Source: Lama guanicoe
Taxonomy: Eukaryota
Reading direction: 5' to 3'
Assembly: GCA_013239625.1 (NCBI GenBank)
Contig: MU054001.1
Coordinates: 5,124,167 to 5,188,166 of the forward strand
Length of the DNA: 64,000 nt
The notes beneath the pieces were generated by a model. That model ran no database searches. It saw nothing but the letters and a program-made list of their open reading frames with translations, and was not told the DNA's origin. A program made the position numbers and the translations under genes. Shown here piece after piece: positions 23,500 to 35,925 of the stretch (position 1 is the first letter of the stretch; the number at the start of each line of letters is the position of its first letter).

Positions 23500-24290
23500 G
23501 ACTCATTCATTCAAAGATTAATTTAGTGCCTACGATGTGACAGGCAGTGTGCTAGGACCTGAGGATAAAATAGTAGTTGCCAAATGACATCACTTATATG
23601 TGGAATCTAAAAAAAAGAAAAAAGACACAGATGAACTTATTTACAAAACAGAAACAGACTCACAGACATAGAAATCAAACTTATGGGTACCAGGGAGGAA
23701 AGGGGAGGGCAGAGGGATAAACTCAGAGTTCAGGATTTGCAGATACTAACTACTATAATAAAATAGATAAACAAGGTGTTACTTATAGCACAGAGAACTA
23801 CATTCAATACCTTGTAATGGCCTCTAATGAAAAAGAATATGAAAAGAAATACATATACACATATGTGTATATATATATATATGTAAATGAATCACTGTGC
23901 TGTACACCAGAAATTAACACATTGTAAACTAACTATACTTCAATAAAAAAATAGTAGTTGAGACAAAATCCCTAATCTCAAGACTTTGCATTCTGTTAGG
24001 AGAGGCAGACATTAACCAAACTAATGAATCAACAAACAAGTTTAGTTGCTATAAAAGCCTTTAGGAAAACAAAATGTGAAGATGTGGAACAAAGTACCTA
24101 GTGCATACTGTGGAATGGGAGAGAAGCCACTTTGTAAGGGGAAGATAGGAAAAACCTCCCTAAAGTGACATTAGATCGAGAAGATCTCAGTGCCACGAGG
24201 GTGCCAGTCACCGGAGATCTGCAGGAAGAACATTCTTGGCAGAAGGAATGTGTGAGACCTTGAGGCAAAAATGAGGGCTCCCCCAAGTGT
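23500..24290 (-). mobile_element. L2 fragment, interrupted by an L1
   Basis: 'cattcattcaaag...gtgcctacgatgtgacaggcagtgtgctagg', resuming at 23961. Confidence 0.65.
23580..23947 (+). mobile_element. 5'-truncated L1 3'UTR with perfect 13-bp TSD
   Basis: TSD AAAATAGTAGTTG at 23567-23579 and 23948-23960; ends 'ctatacttcaataaaa'. Confidence 0.92.
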
Positions 24291-24630
24291 TAGGAGATCT
24301 CTGTCAGTTTAAACAGATGCACTTTCCAAATGAGTCCAGGAAAGGCTTCGGATGTAGAGAGAAACTGGAGTGGCAGGAGAGCGTGGTGGACAGAGCCCTG
24401 GCCTGAAGGAAAAACTACTGATTCTGCTTCTGTCTGTTAGCTGGATGGCCTCACATGTCACACTCCACTTTGGATCTCAATTTCTCCATTTAGAAATGAG
24501 GGGGTGGGGCTAACTCAGTGGTTTCCTTTTGCTTTTAGGGTTTTTTTAAGCTGTTGAATCTTTTGTTCAAAAGAAATATATATATATATTTTTACTAGAA
24601 ATATACATATATTATGTATATGTGCCTGTG

Positions 24631-24632
<2 letters not shown>

Positions 24633-24674
<42 letters not shown>
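24633..24674. repeat. (GT)21 microsatellite
   Basis: Uninterrupted GT run. Confidence 0.95.
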
Positions 24675-24677
<3 letters not shown>

Positions 24678-25649
24678 AAAAAATGAGGATACAGAGCACA
24701 GCTACTAAGTTCTGGATGAATGATGCTTGAAAAACCCTCCCCCATCACCTGGAATTCTAGGACCCCAAGGGTCCAGGCTCCTTTGTTGAACTATCAGATC
24801 CAAGCGATCTGCTTATATCTTCAATTCCTTGATGTCACACTGAAACTCCTGAAGCTTGCCCAATGAGGTGCCAGATGCCGGGGCCCCTGCATCCCATTTG
24901 ATGCTTGCACAAGAGTCTAGGGATCCTAAGGTCTGCTAAGTCAAGGTGAAAGGCTCCTCTCAGGACCACAGGGCCCAGTTCCCCAAAGAGAACTCCAGGA
25001 AGCTATCCTCTTCTAAGACCAGAGTCTTGCAGTTTGTAGGACCCAGCACCACAGCCGGGGAGGATCTCAACCCTGAAGGCTTCCTCTCCTTGATTAAAGT
25101 GTGGAAAAGGAAGGGTGAGGCATGAGCAGGTGCTCTTCCTGAGCCACCTGGAGGACTCATGGTGTTGGTGAGTGCTCTGTGTCCCATCTATTCGACACGC
25201 CAGGATGGCAGAAATGGGCCCGAGACATCTATAAGTCACAGGCCTGCTGCCCTCCCACACTTTCTGTTTTCTGAACTTGCCCATGTCAGTCCGAGGAGAA
25301 TTACTCTCCATGGAAATGGGGCCCGTGGTTCTGCTGTCTCTGCAACTTTCCTTTGTAAAGCACCAGGGAGAAACCTCCTCATCACCACCTTAGGATCTAC
25401 ACACGCTTAAGGGAGTGATGAAGAGCCCAGTAAATGTTTAAACGTGAAATATTGGGTAACTGCAATTTGAATTAGTTTCTCTGAGCATGGGCAGGGGTGT
25501 GTGTGGGGGAGGTGCATCTGATTATGTAAATAATGCATAAATCCCCAAATGTATCAGCCTCAGTAATTCAGGGTAAGTTTTAGATTTGGGATGTGGAGAA
25601 AAAGCTGATTTCTTTAACTAAGCAGGTTCGTTTGTTTTAAAATGCAGTT

Positions 25650-25850
25650 TAGGGAGGCAGAGTGATGTGGTGCAGGGTGAGACAAGCACTGGACAGGGTA
25701 TCCAGAGCCCTGGGTGATCTCCAACAAGCCCTTTGCTTTTCTATGCCTCAGTTCCCTTGTCTGAGTCAAATGGGCCATCCAGCCCCAGTTTTCCTACCTC
25801 CTCTGGATACAATGAAGATGGAATGAGGCAATGGATGCAGAGAGATGCTA
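25650..25850 (+). mobile_element. MIR-family SINE
   Basis: 'ggaggcagagtgatgtggtg...agcactggac...gcctcagttcccttgtctg'. Confidence 0.55.
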
Positions 25851-26457
25851 CTCAAAGTGTGGTATCACTCTGCCAAATTCTTGTTACCAATCTGCAGTGA
25901 GGTAATTGCAGAAAGTGAGAGTAAGTGTTTAGAAACTTTTATAGCCATCTGACATTGCATGACAACCGAGTGGGCGATCAGGGACCTCGCTTCATTCAGT
26001 GGCTTATAAAGCAGCTTGAGTGATGTCAAGTTCAGATGATGAGTCGTACTTGGCATGAGCTTCATACTAGGATTAGTCTATGATGGGTCAGAAATAAAGC
26101 CAACAAAAAGCAGCAACAAAGGCTGATCCTTCATCGCAAACACTTGGAGAAGCACTGATGTAGATTCTTGCTTGTAGGAGTCCCGAAGCATCAGGACAGT
26201 CTGTAACCAAATGAGGGGTGGTGTGAAGTAGCTGCAAATAGAACAGAACTGAGAGAAGGGAGTGGTAGACCTGGCGGTTCTGCCCACTTGCTCTGTGACC
26301 TTGGATAAGTCACTCTCTCTGGGCCCCTGATGACGTATATAATCTCTACCTGAGGTTTTCTCTTTTTATCAAAGTAGCTGGTATGAGATTAAAAATAACA
26401 GAACTCCTGTTAATAAAAGGGACCAAAATTGGCTCATGAATTAAGCATGGCGTTGGG

Positions 26458-26940
26458 AGTGGCGGTTCATTGCAAAACATGGCGACCATATGCCACTCTT
26501 CCTTATATCCATGTTCTTGGCATGTTCTTTGCAAGATCCTTTTATATGTCATCCCATCAAGAGGTGGAATCCTTCCTTTGAGTATGGGATGGTTGTGTGG
26601 CTTGCTTTGGCTCACACAGTGCAGTGGAAGTCATGAGAGCCAGTTCTGAATCAAGGCCCCAAGAGGCTTCCTCTCTCTCTCTTGCATTCCTGCCCAGCTG
26701 CCCGGTGAACAAGTGATAAACCCACTTGAGACCCGCTTCGATCAGCCAGTCCCCAGACAACTTGGCAGCTAACTGCAGATTCAGGAGTGAGTCCAGCTGA
26801 GACCAGAGGAATCACTTAGCTCAGTCTGATCCAAATTGCTGACTTCTATAAGTCAGCAATTATACATTAAATAAATGCTTATTGTTTTATGCTATTAAGA
26901 ATTGGGGTGATTTGTTATGCACCAGAAGTTAATTGATCCA
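26458..26940 (+). mobile_element. MaLR LTR, MLT1H-like
   Basis: 'cccatcaagaggtggaatc...cagctaactgcaga...aataaatgcttattgtttta...ggggtgatttgttatgca'. Confidence 0.8.
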
Positions 26941-27077
26941 GGAATAAAATATCATGTTGATTGTTACTGAGGTGTTGGCTGTGGTCCAGGCAAAATAATG
27001 ATGGAGGCAGTTTGATTGGAGCATCCTTCTGGCCTCCCTTCCCCACCTCATTCCAGCTTGAAAGTCACTTTTGCTAA

Positions 27078-27660
27078 TAAATGAGTCATGGGTATAAAAT
27101 GTACAGTGTGCGGAATATAGTCAATAATTATGTAATATCTTTGTATAGTTACAAATCATAACAGTAAACTTATCATGGTGATTATTTTGAAGTATATAGA
27201 AATACTGAATCACTGCATTGTATAACAGGAACTAACATTACGTTGCAAGTCAATTATACTTCAAAAACAAACAAACATAGAAAAAGAGATTAGATTTGTG
27301 GTTACCAGAGGCAAGGGATGAGGAGGCGGGTAAACTGGATGAAGGTGGTCAAAAGGTACAAACTTCCAGTTTTAAGATTAATTAAGTACTAGGGATGTAA
27401 TGTACAACATGATAAATATCATTAACACGGCTGTATGTTATATTTGAAAGTTAAGAGAATAAACCCTAAGAGGTCTCGTCACAAAGAAAAAATTTTTTTA
27501 ATTTCTTTAACTTTTTATCTGTTTGAGATGATGGATGTTCACTAAACTTATTATTGTGCTCATTTTATGATGTATGTCAGTCAAATCATTACTCTGTATA
27601 CCTTAAATTTGTACATTGCTGTGTGTTAATTATATCTCAATAAAACCGGAAAAAATTTAA
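27078..27660 (+). mobile_element. Laurasiatherian L1 3'UTR (L1MA9/L1_Carn-like)
   Basis: 'gatgaaggtggtcaaaaggtacaaacttccag...tatatctcaataaaac'; the same family occurs at 31.9 kb. Confidence 0.85.
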
Positions 27661-27777
27661 AATAAGTGTTTCCTTTAAAAAAAACTTGCTTTTATTTTTC
27701 TGATGCCTTTCAGTGAGTTATGGTCTTTCAAAACGTGCATCACACAGTACCTGATGGTGCACCTCTATCAAAGACAA

Positions 27778-27925
27778 TGACTCTTCAACATTGTGGATAA
27801 TAGACCTCTTTGAAAATCTGATGAAACCTGAGGCTCCATACCTCAGAAAAAAAAGCATATCTCTACATTTACATACAGTTTTTTTTTTTACAATTTTAAG
27901 ACTAGAGTCTAATTGTGAACCTCTC
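27778..27925 (+). mobile_element. hAT-Charlie fragment, MER117-like
   Basis: 'gacctctttgaaaatctgatgaaa...cagaaaaaaaagcata'. Confidence 0.5.
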
Positions 27926-30014
27926 TTCCCTAGTTAAGCATACTAGGTACAGATCTAGCCTCTCTCTCCCACTCTCCTCAAATCACTCTCTCATCCTCCA
28001 CTGTTAACATTTCCCAGTCCTATATCTTAGCTCCTGAAGGTCTTGCTAACCCTATCAATTAATTCACACAAGAGGTATTAGAACAATAATTCATTAAAAA
28101 TGTAGAGCCCTTGGAAATGACCTCCAAAACATTCTCACACATAGTATCTCAGCCAATCCTCTTAACAGCCTAGCGAATATGTGGGCAGGGGTAGGATCTG
28201 TTTTCCCCATTCTTCTGATGATCCAAGGGTGTTACTGCCCAAGACCACTCAGCTATAAGGGAGGGGCAGCATCCAGCATCCTCATGCCATTTCATGTTAC
28301 TTTGCTTCTCAGAGACGTGTCAGGCTAATGATAGCAAATCCAGACAGAGAATGCTTATCCTGTGTATGAGGACCCTCAGGAAAGCCCATGTGGCCATGTG
28401 GAGAGCAGGAAAAAAGTGGTAGGAGTTGAGGTCAGGAGGTCAGAATCCCTATCAAAGGTAGGCTCTTGGGAGCCTATACTCCCAGAGGACGAGTGGGGAA
28501 ATTGTCTGTAATTTAGCCTCACTTAAAAAAATTCCATCATTAATTGCATCAGTCTATATATATCCTCCTTCTCTCCTTCCCAAAAAGGAAGGGCTCTCAG
28601 AGTCTTTCACACAGTCCCAACTTAGACTGATTTACACTCTATCTTAAACATGCCAGTCTATACCTTTCACAGCAAAACACAACTTGTTGAATTTTATTTT
28701 TAAAACAACCAACAGAAGATAAGTCTGACTTGGGGACCTGCTATTCTTTGAACAAACTCAAGAAACATTTATTGACCACCTACTAGGTGCAATGCCATGT
28801 CCTAGGACCTGAGAATGATAAGCATGAGAGAGGATTTAAAGTTGAATTAAATATTTTAAATCCTCAAGAAATACCAGGGGATATACTACCCACCTTGCAG
28901 ACTATTTTTCAACCCTTAGGAAGAAGCTCAATGTTATTTTTTTCCCTGCCCTTTCCCACTCCAGAAGGAAATGTTTTTTCATTTGCATCTGCTCTCTACA
29001 GCCATAGAACTGGAAAACGCGTAAATGGGAATCCATCCTTGTGATTTACTTACGAGCTTTTTAAAAAATATATTTTCCATTCATCTGTGAGCTTCTTGAA
29101 GGCAGGCATGTGTCTTATTTCTCTTCTGTATGCCCTTCCCCCATTCCAGCATTCCAACTCTAGTCCAGTAAAATACATGTTGAACTGAGCTGAATAACTG
29201 CAAAACACAGAGAAAATGCTGTGTCCAAAGAGAGATGCAAACAAGGTCTTCAAAAGTGTGTGAGTGGGAAACTGAGTCATACCACATGACTGTTGTCCTT
29301 CTTAAGGACATAGATGACCACTCCATTAGGAGAATAAAAACTAGTCTTAGGCACTTCGCACAGTGTTAGAAACATAGCAACTACATAAAGCATTAACTAT
29401 TACTATTACTCTTGCTGCTACTGTTATAATAATATTATCCCCCTCCAAGCAAGAGCATTTCTCTAGAAAGGAACTCTGAAGCCATTGAAGAGCCCTCCCT
29501 CTATTTCTGCAGCCCAGAGAGCTGCTCTGCCCATTCACTCACTTAAATAGAGAGAGATTCCTTTTCTTTCTCCCAGGAAAATGGACTGCAGAATATGCTT
29601 GCCCTGAGATGTTTGTCTTTGACTGACCTGGGAGCCATGGGATTCAATAAGCATATTCTCTCCTCTAGGGTTCAAGGTAATAAAGCATGCGTCTGCACTG
29701 TTACCATGGCTCCACTGGCTTGTTTGGCTTTCTGTGAGAGCCTTTCTAACATCACACCCCTTGTTGTATTTAAAAATTTTTCTATTATCTACTCAGGAGC
29801 TGGAGAAGAGGGCATGGCTGGGCATAGAGGGTCTCAGTGAATAGAAATGAACAGACTGGGGACTCTGATCCGAGGCCACCAAACACAGCTCATTTGGTGC
29901 ACACTAATTCTGATCTTACAGGTCACTGATTTCTTATGGGCTGACCAATCAATATACAGGTCTCTTTCAAGTGGAAGCCAAAGCTGAGGTTCACTTCTTA
30001 CAGAAATGGAAGAA

Positions 30015-30900
30015 TAGAGTCTTAGTTAAGAATCTTTTGATTATAAGTAACATAAATGAACTCAAGCCAGCTTAAACAGAAAAATGATTTTGCTAGAAGG
30101 ATTGTGGGGCCTCTCATGAAATCCTAGAAAGACAAAAGAATCTCATCTCTAGAAAAAGCTGAAGCAGGACATCTTTGGTGACCCTAAGTGTTGTTGTTTT
30201 TGACTGTCCAACATTTATTTCCTTTTTTACTCTCACTCCAATTTCCTTTTGAGAAAGTATCTTTTTCTGAATACAGCCTGGTGGAATTATAAAGTGGGGT
30301 CCTATGCATGAGTTAATAGGGAAACCATATTATCCAAGATAGACCAAACAGACGTTCACTCCCAAGAATCTGAATCTTGGTAAGAAATTTAAAGAGGTTC
30401 AAAACAGTTGGAATTCATCTATTCTGGCTGCAGTACCAGGAACAGCCTGTTCTTCCCATAAAACTATTTCTGAAGGTATCATTTCTTAAAGCCCCAGGGT
30501 TGCCTTGGTTCAGTGCTTTCCAGGTTTTTAGCTTTCCCAACAGTTCTCCAGGTTATCTATATTCTAATAAGTACTCATTCCAATAAATAACCAGTCAGTC
30601 TCTTTTGCTGGGAACAAATCAGTAATATACAGACCATCTTTTTAGGAAATTGCCGCTGACTTGGGTCAGCTTATGGCCCCTACTCTCTGTATCTTACCAC
30701 CAGAATTTTTCAGGAGAGAGAGTTTGACACATTTTGTTTTCAGTGTCCAATTGATCCAGTCAGCTGAACTTAAGGGATGGGGTCATATATTATGAACATA
30801 GGGACCAGAGGTTAATTCCTGTGGAGAAAAGGCAGTTCTCAGAGACAAGGAAAGGACTTGTGGACTGAGCCAAGGCTTTCTCCAAGGAAAAGGGACTACA
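30015..30900. mobile_element. Old MLT1 LTR (minus), apparently interrupted by a second MLT1-like LTR (plus, about 30280-30630)
   Basis: Antisense start 'cttagttaagaatcttttgattataagtaac'; sense LTR-like end 'caataaat...ttgctgggaacaaatc'; antisense end 'ggactaca'. Confidence 0.5.
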
Positions 30901-31914
30901 AACAGAGAACCTTTGCTGACCAAGGAGCGTGGCACGATGTGTTGAAGCAAATCTTGTACTGGGAATGAGGTGTGACCAGGAGGTCAGATATTGATTAGAT
31001 CTAAAGAAAAAAGGGAATGGTCATGAAACCCACGTTCTGAGCAGTAGCACAGGCTTGGGTCAAAGCAGTCCAGAGGCTCTGTTTAGTCATATTTTCAATG
31101 ATAAGGACTGCTATCCCTTTAATCTATCCAGATTGTAAGTTCCCTCTGAGAGTCCAATGCATAAATACTTATCAGACAGAAGACATGCTCTTTCAGTACT
31201 GAACCTCAGAACTTTGGTCTCCTTTTCCCTAAAGGTATGTGTCTTTCCCACTCTATTCTGCCAACCCAAGTCTGTGATAGCAGGTAGGAATTATCCAGAT
31301 ATTTGGTTTAATTCTCCATTTCACTTAGGCAAAACTAGGCACAGCTATTTTTTTCCAGCAGTGCTCATTTTCTCAGTCCCTGGTTGGGTCATTAAGGGAA
31401 GGAGTCTTGCAAAATCTGAAATCCTGATTTTATTTGCCTTCTCTGGTCTGTTTTACTCAAATATTTGTTCTCACTCTCTTACAAATAAAGTTTCTCTGCA
31501 TGCTTGATTTGCACATCTTTAAGAGGCTAAATTTCCAATATCTTTAAATCAAAGGCCACAGAAGCAGCTAATCGTCAGTAGGAGCTCACCTGCATTTGAA
31601 GGGAATGTCTAGGATGCCCTTCCTTAGCTTGGTTAGAACTGAAATTTCCAAACCCCTCTTATTTTCCCTTCTAGACATACACAATGTGCAAAGATGTAAC
31701 CTTGAGGTCATTTCTGACTCTTCTTACTCTTTCCAAAGGCTACTAAGGCAACCAGAGCACCGTGGGCTGATGGCCACAGGCTATCCATGTTGTAGGAACC
31801 CACATTCCCTGCACCTCTAGTATTCCTGATCAGAGAGCAGAGCTTCATCCCTTTCTGTACAGTGAGCTGCATGGTACAGTGTACAAAATCCCTAAAATCA
31901 ACATTTCTCACCAA

Positions 31915-32390
31915 GGTAACTAGACTTATCATCGTGATCATCTTGAAATGTATAGAGACATCAAATCACTGTGTTGTGTACCAGGAATTAACATAGTGTT
32001 ATAGGTCAGTCGTACTTCAAAACAAACATAAAAAAAAGAAGATCAGGTTTGTGGTCACCAGGGAGTAAAGGGAGGCAAAATTGGATGAAGGTGGTCAAAA
32101 GGTACAAACTTTCAGTTATAAGCTAAATAAGTACTAGGAATGCAATGTACAACATGATAAATATCATTAACACTGTTGTATGTTATATATGAAAGTTAAG
32201 AGATTCTAAGAGTTTTCATCATGCAAAAATTTTCCTATTTTCTTTAATTTTGCATTCTACATGAATTGATAGGTGTTCACTAAATTTACTGTCCATTCCA
32301 TAACAAATGAAAGTCAAATCATGCTGTACACCTTAAACTTACACAGTGCTGTATGTCAGTTATATCTCAATAAAACTGAAAGAAAAATAT
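31915..32390 (+). mobile_element. Laurasiatherian L1 3'UTR (same family as 27078-27660)
   Basis: Collinear with the 27.1-27.7 kb copy; ends 'tatatctcaataaaactg'. Confidence 0.85.
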
Positions 32391-32902
32391 ATGCTGCTTA
32401 AAAAAAAAACACTTCTGTTTATTCCATAAACTTTCATCCAGTATATAAAAGATCTTTTTTTCTATATATAAATAAATGGTTAACTTACATATTATTAAAT
32501 ATTTTGTATTAATTTTATCACATGTACTACTTAATATTTAATACCTTCCCATTTATATGGTTACACTTATTTTGTGTTCATTTTAAAATATCACTAAACA
32601 TTTGATTTTGCTGTGTATATGTAGACTATTTATTTTGACATGAGAATCTTAAAGGTAGGGGCATGAATACCAATTCATACATTCCTATTTGCAAAGTGAC
32701 TAGAAAGGAAGAAGTCAGCTTACATAGGGTATGAAGTAATATTTCAAGTTGAGGTATTAACTGGAAAAATGAATCCTTAAAAATATCTCTATACCTTCAA
32801 AAATGGTATGGATACGTATATGTATGTATTAGAAACATGCTATTACAAAGAAATTCAACAACTATGCATTTAAAAAAGACCAAAAAAAAAAACTCAGCTA
32901 AA

Positions 32903-34330
32903 AATCCCACATTGAACAATTGGACATTTACATGCAAAAATAAAAAAGAATCTAAACACAGACTTTATACCCTTCACTAAACTAAACTCAAAATGGATCA
33001 CATACCTAAGTGTAGGATGCAAAGCTATAAAACTCCTAGAAAATAACAGGAGAAAATCCAGATGACCTTAACTTTGGTGATGACTTTTTAGATATGACAC
33101 CAAAGGCATGATTTGTAAAGGAAAGAATTAATAAGCTGGACTTCATTAAAGTTAAAATTTTCTGCTCTGCACTGTCAAGAGAATTAAAAGATAAGCCACT
33201 GATTGGGGGAAAATATTTGCAAAAAGCATCTGATAAAGGACCATTGTCCTAAACATACAAATAATTCTTAAAACTCAACAATAAGAAAACAAGCAAACTG
33301 ATTTAAAAAAATGGACCGAGAACCTTTAAAGATACCTCAACAAAGAAGATATATAGATGGCAAGTAAGCATATGAAAAGATGATCCACATCATATGTCAT
33401 GAGGGAAATGAGAATTAAAACAGTTAAAAATATCACTGCACACCTATTAGAATTTTAAAAATCCAGAACACTGACAATACCAAATGCTGGTAAGGATGCG
33501 GAGCAACAGGAACTCTCATTCATTGCTGGTAGAAATGCAAAAGTTACAGCCACTTTGGAAGAAAATTTGGTAGTTTCTTACAAAACTAAACATATTTTTA
33601 CCATAACATTCAGCAATCATTCCTTTGTAGTTACCCAAAGTGGTTGAAAACTATGATTACACTAAAACCTGCACACATATGTTTATAGAAGCTTTACTCA
33701 TAACTGCCAAAGTTAGAAAGCAACCAAGAAGTCCTTTAGTAGGTGAATGGTTTAAAAGTTGTGTTACATTCAGCTAATGAAATATTATTTAGCACTAAAA
33801 AGAAATGAGTTATTAAGCCATGAAGAGGCATGGAGGAAACTTATGCATATTACTAAGTGAAAGAAGCCAAGAATTTGTGTGTATTATTGAGTGAAAGAAG
33901 ACAATCTGAAAAGATACTGTATGATTCCAACTACATGATATTCTGAAAGGCAAAATTATGGAGACAGTAAAAAGATCAGTGGTTGTCAGGGGTTGAGGAT
34001 GGATGAATGGGTGGAGCACAGAGGATTTGGGGGAGCAGTGAAACTTCTCCGTGTGATACTATAATGGTGGTTACACGGCGTTGCTCATTTATCCAACCCC
34101 ATAGAATGTACAACATGAAGAGTGAGCCAACATAAACTATGGACTTTGGGTGACAATGATGTGTCAATGTAGATTCATCAATTGTAATAAATGCACCACC
34201 CTGACGGAGGATGCTGATAATGGAAAAGGCTATGAATGAGGAGGGGCAGGGGGTATATAAGAACTCTATAGTTTCCTCTCCATTTTGCTATGAACGTAAA
34301 CATGTTCTAAAAAAATCTTCTTAAAAAAAT
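32903..34330 (+). mobile_element. L1MC1-like: ORF2 3' part and 3'UTR
   Basis: 'aactcaaaatggatca...aagctataaaactcctagaa'; 3'UTR 'ggactttgggtgacaatgatgtgtcaatgtag...gggcagggggtata'. Confidence 0.9.
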
Positions 34331-34454
34331 CAGTGTTTAAAAATGAGTCAAGTAACTGACACTATCTTGTGCTGATCCCTGTGCAGTGAGAGGGAGATGA
34401 AGGAGGTGCAATCCTTGTGCTCAGAAGGCCACCACTTGGGGAGAATTTATGATG

Positions 34455-34610
34455 CACAGGCCTTGTGCTGGGACCCTATGTCAGCACTATGGCACAGACA
34501 CTACCACGATCCCCATTTTACTGGTGAGGAAATTGAGGAAAGGAGAGATCTCTGAGACTAGTGATGAATAGAGCTGGGATTGAAGCCTAGGGCTCTTGAT
34601 GGCAAAGTCC
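34455..34610 (-). mobile_element. MIR SINE
   Basis: 'atccccattttactggtgaggaaattgagg'. Confidence 0.7.
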
Positions 34611-34789
34611 CAGCCTCCCAGGAAACACATGAAACAACTCCACAAAGACACGATGTCGTAGGGAACCGGGGTCGCCAGGCACAGAGCGCTGGCAGGAAGG
34701 GGAGGTGCTAGAGAGTGGAAAGGAGGGAAAAATCATGGTCTTCTAAACGAAGAATGAAGATTTCCTGGAGGAGGTAGTGGTTTCTAGAT

Positions 34790-35070
34790 CTCTGAAATGT
34801 GTTTTAGAAAGAAACTAATTTAATCAACAACATTTACAAATAAGGAGAATTTACACACACACAAATATGGACTTATGTCTTTCAACAAAATTGCATCTGG
34901 GAATCCTAAGTCTCCCCCTGCATGTCAGCAACTGGCTACACTGAGTAGGCATCCTCCCTTTAAATGGGGCAGCCACTTCCTGGCTTGCCATTCAGTGCCA
35001 TCTTTCCAGGGCTGCTTCACACGTTAGTAATGCCTGCCTGGCCCCAGTAGGCCTTTGAGCTTGGGATCCT
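34790..35070 (-). mobile_element. MER103C-like
   Basis: 'ctgagtagg...ccctttaaatggggca...gcttcac...cctgcctggccccagtaggcctttgag' is antisense to the MER103C 5' end. Confidence 0.7.
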
Positions 35071-35534
35071 CCTCAATGCCTAAGGGACTCCACAGCCCAC
35101 TTCTGTTCTCTTCCTTCTGATCTTCAGCCCAGGAAAGAGTCAACCTACTATGTCCCAAGGTCAAGGGCAGTTTTGCGCCAGAGTGCCTAGAGGTGAGTGG
35201 GCTCAAATGGGGAGGGAAGAGGTGAAGAACTTTTCCTCTGGCAGGTAGGACGCTTCGGAATTCTTTACCTTAAAACCAGAGTGTCTGGATGGCCACTTTC
35301 AAGAATAGGCCAGCTGTTTGACTGGGCAGATAAAGATGAAAGATCCTAACTTGTCACCAAAGAAACTTAAGTCACACATCACCAAGAACTTGTCTTTTGA
35401 TAAAAATGGCTATGGACTTCTGGGGAATTTTTATGTTTGAACTCAGTCCTCCTACCAGATCTGCCAGGTGACCTGCCCCATGTCCAAGCTCCTCCAATGA
35501 TCACCATAATATGACAATAAAAAGAGTGGGATCA

Positions 35535-35760
35535 GCTACCATTTACCCAGCACTTACAACAAGTGACTCTTGACTACGGGCTTTTGATACATTAGCTCAT
35601 TTAATTCCCACAACGAAGCTGTGAGGAGGGTATCGTCATCCCCATCATGCAGATTAGGACACTGAGGATCAGAGAGATTAACTAAGAGACACAGCGGGAG
35701 AGTGACAGATATGAGACCAGGCCCAGCTCTCTGAATCCAAAGCTCGTGTCCCTAGCAACA
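35535..35760 (-). mobile_element. MIR SINE
   Basis: 'ctcatttaattcccacaac...catccccatcatgcagattaggacactgagg'. Confidence 0.75.
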
Positions 35761-35766
35761 ATGCCG

Positions 35767-35925
35767 GTGTCACTCAGCATGTGGGACGCAGGTTCCTGGC
35801 ATCAGAATTACCTAGGATGGTTAACCATGAAAAATACATATTGCTGTGTCCTACACGAGGGCTCTGCAGCCCCACCAGGGGCAAGGGGGTGGTGCTTGAT
35901 CCTCACTAAAGTCTGAAGGCTCCCG
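35767..35925. mobile_element. hAT-Charlie MER5-like
   Basis: 'gcatcagaattaccta...aaaatacatatt...cactaaagtctga'. Confidence 0.45.

Noticed and set aside
24770..24930. Minus-strand frame with a coiled-coil-like look (LGKLQEFQCDIKELKI)
   Set aside because: In-frame stop, no recognisable parent protein, no splice or poly(A)/TSD support.
27078..32390. Similar blocks at 27.1-27.7 and 31.9-32.4 kb as a segmental duplication or chimeric double L1 ends
   Set aside because: Similarity is confined to the L1 3'UTR and the flanks differ, so these are independent insertions sharing the family's 3'UTR structure.
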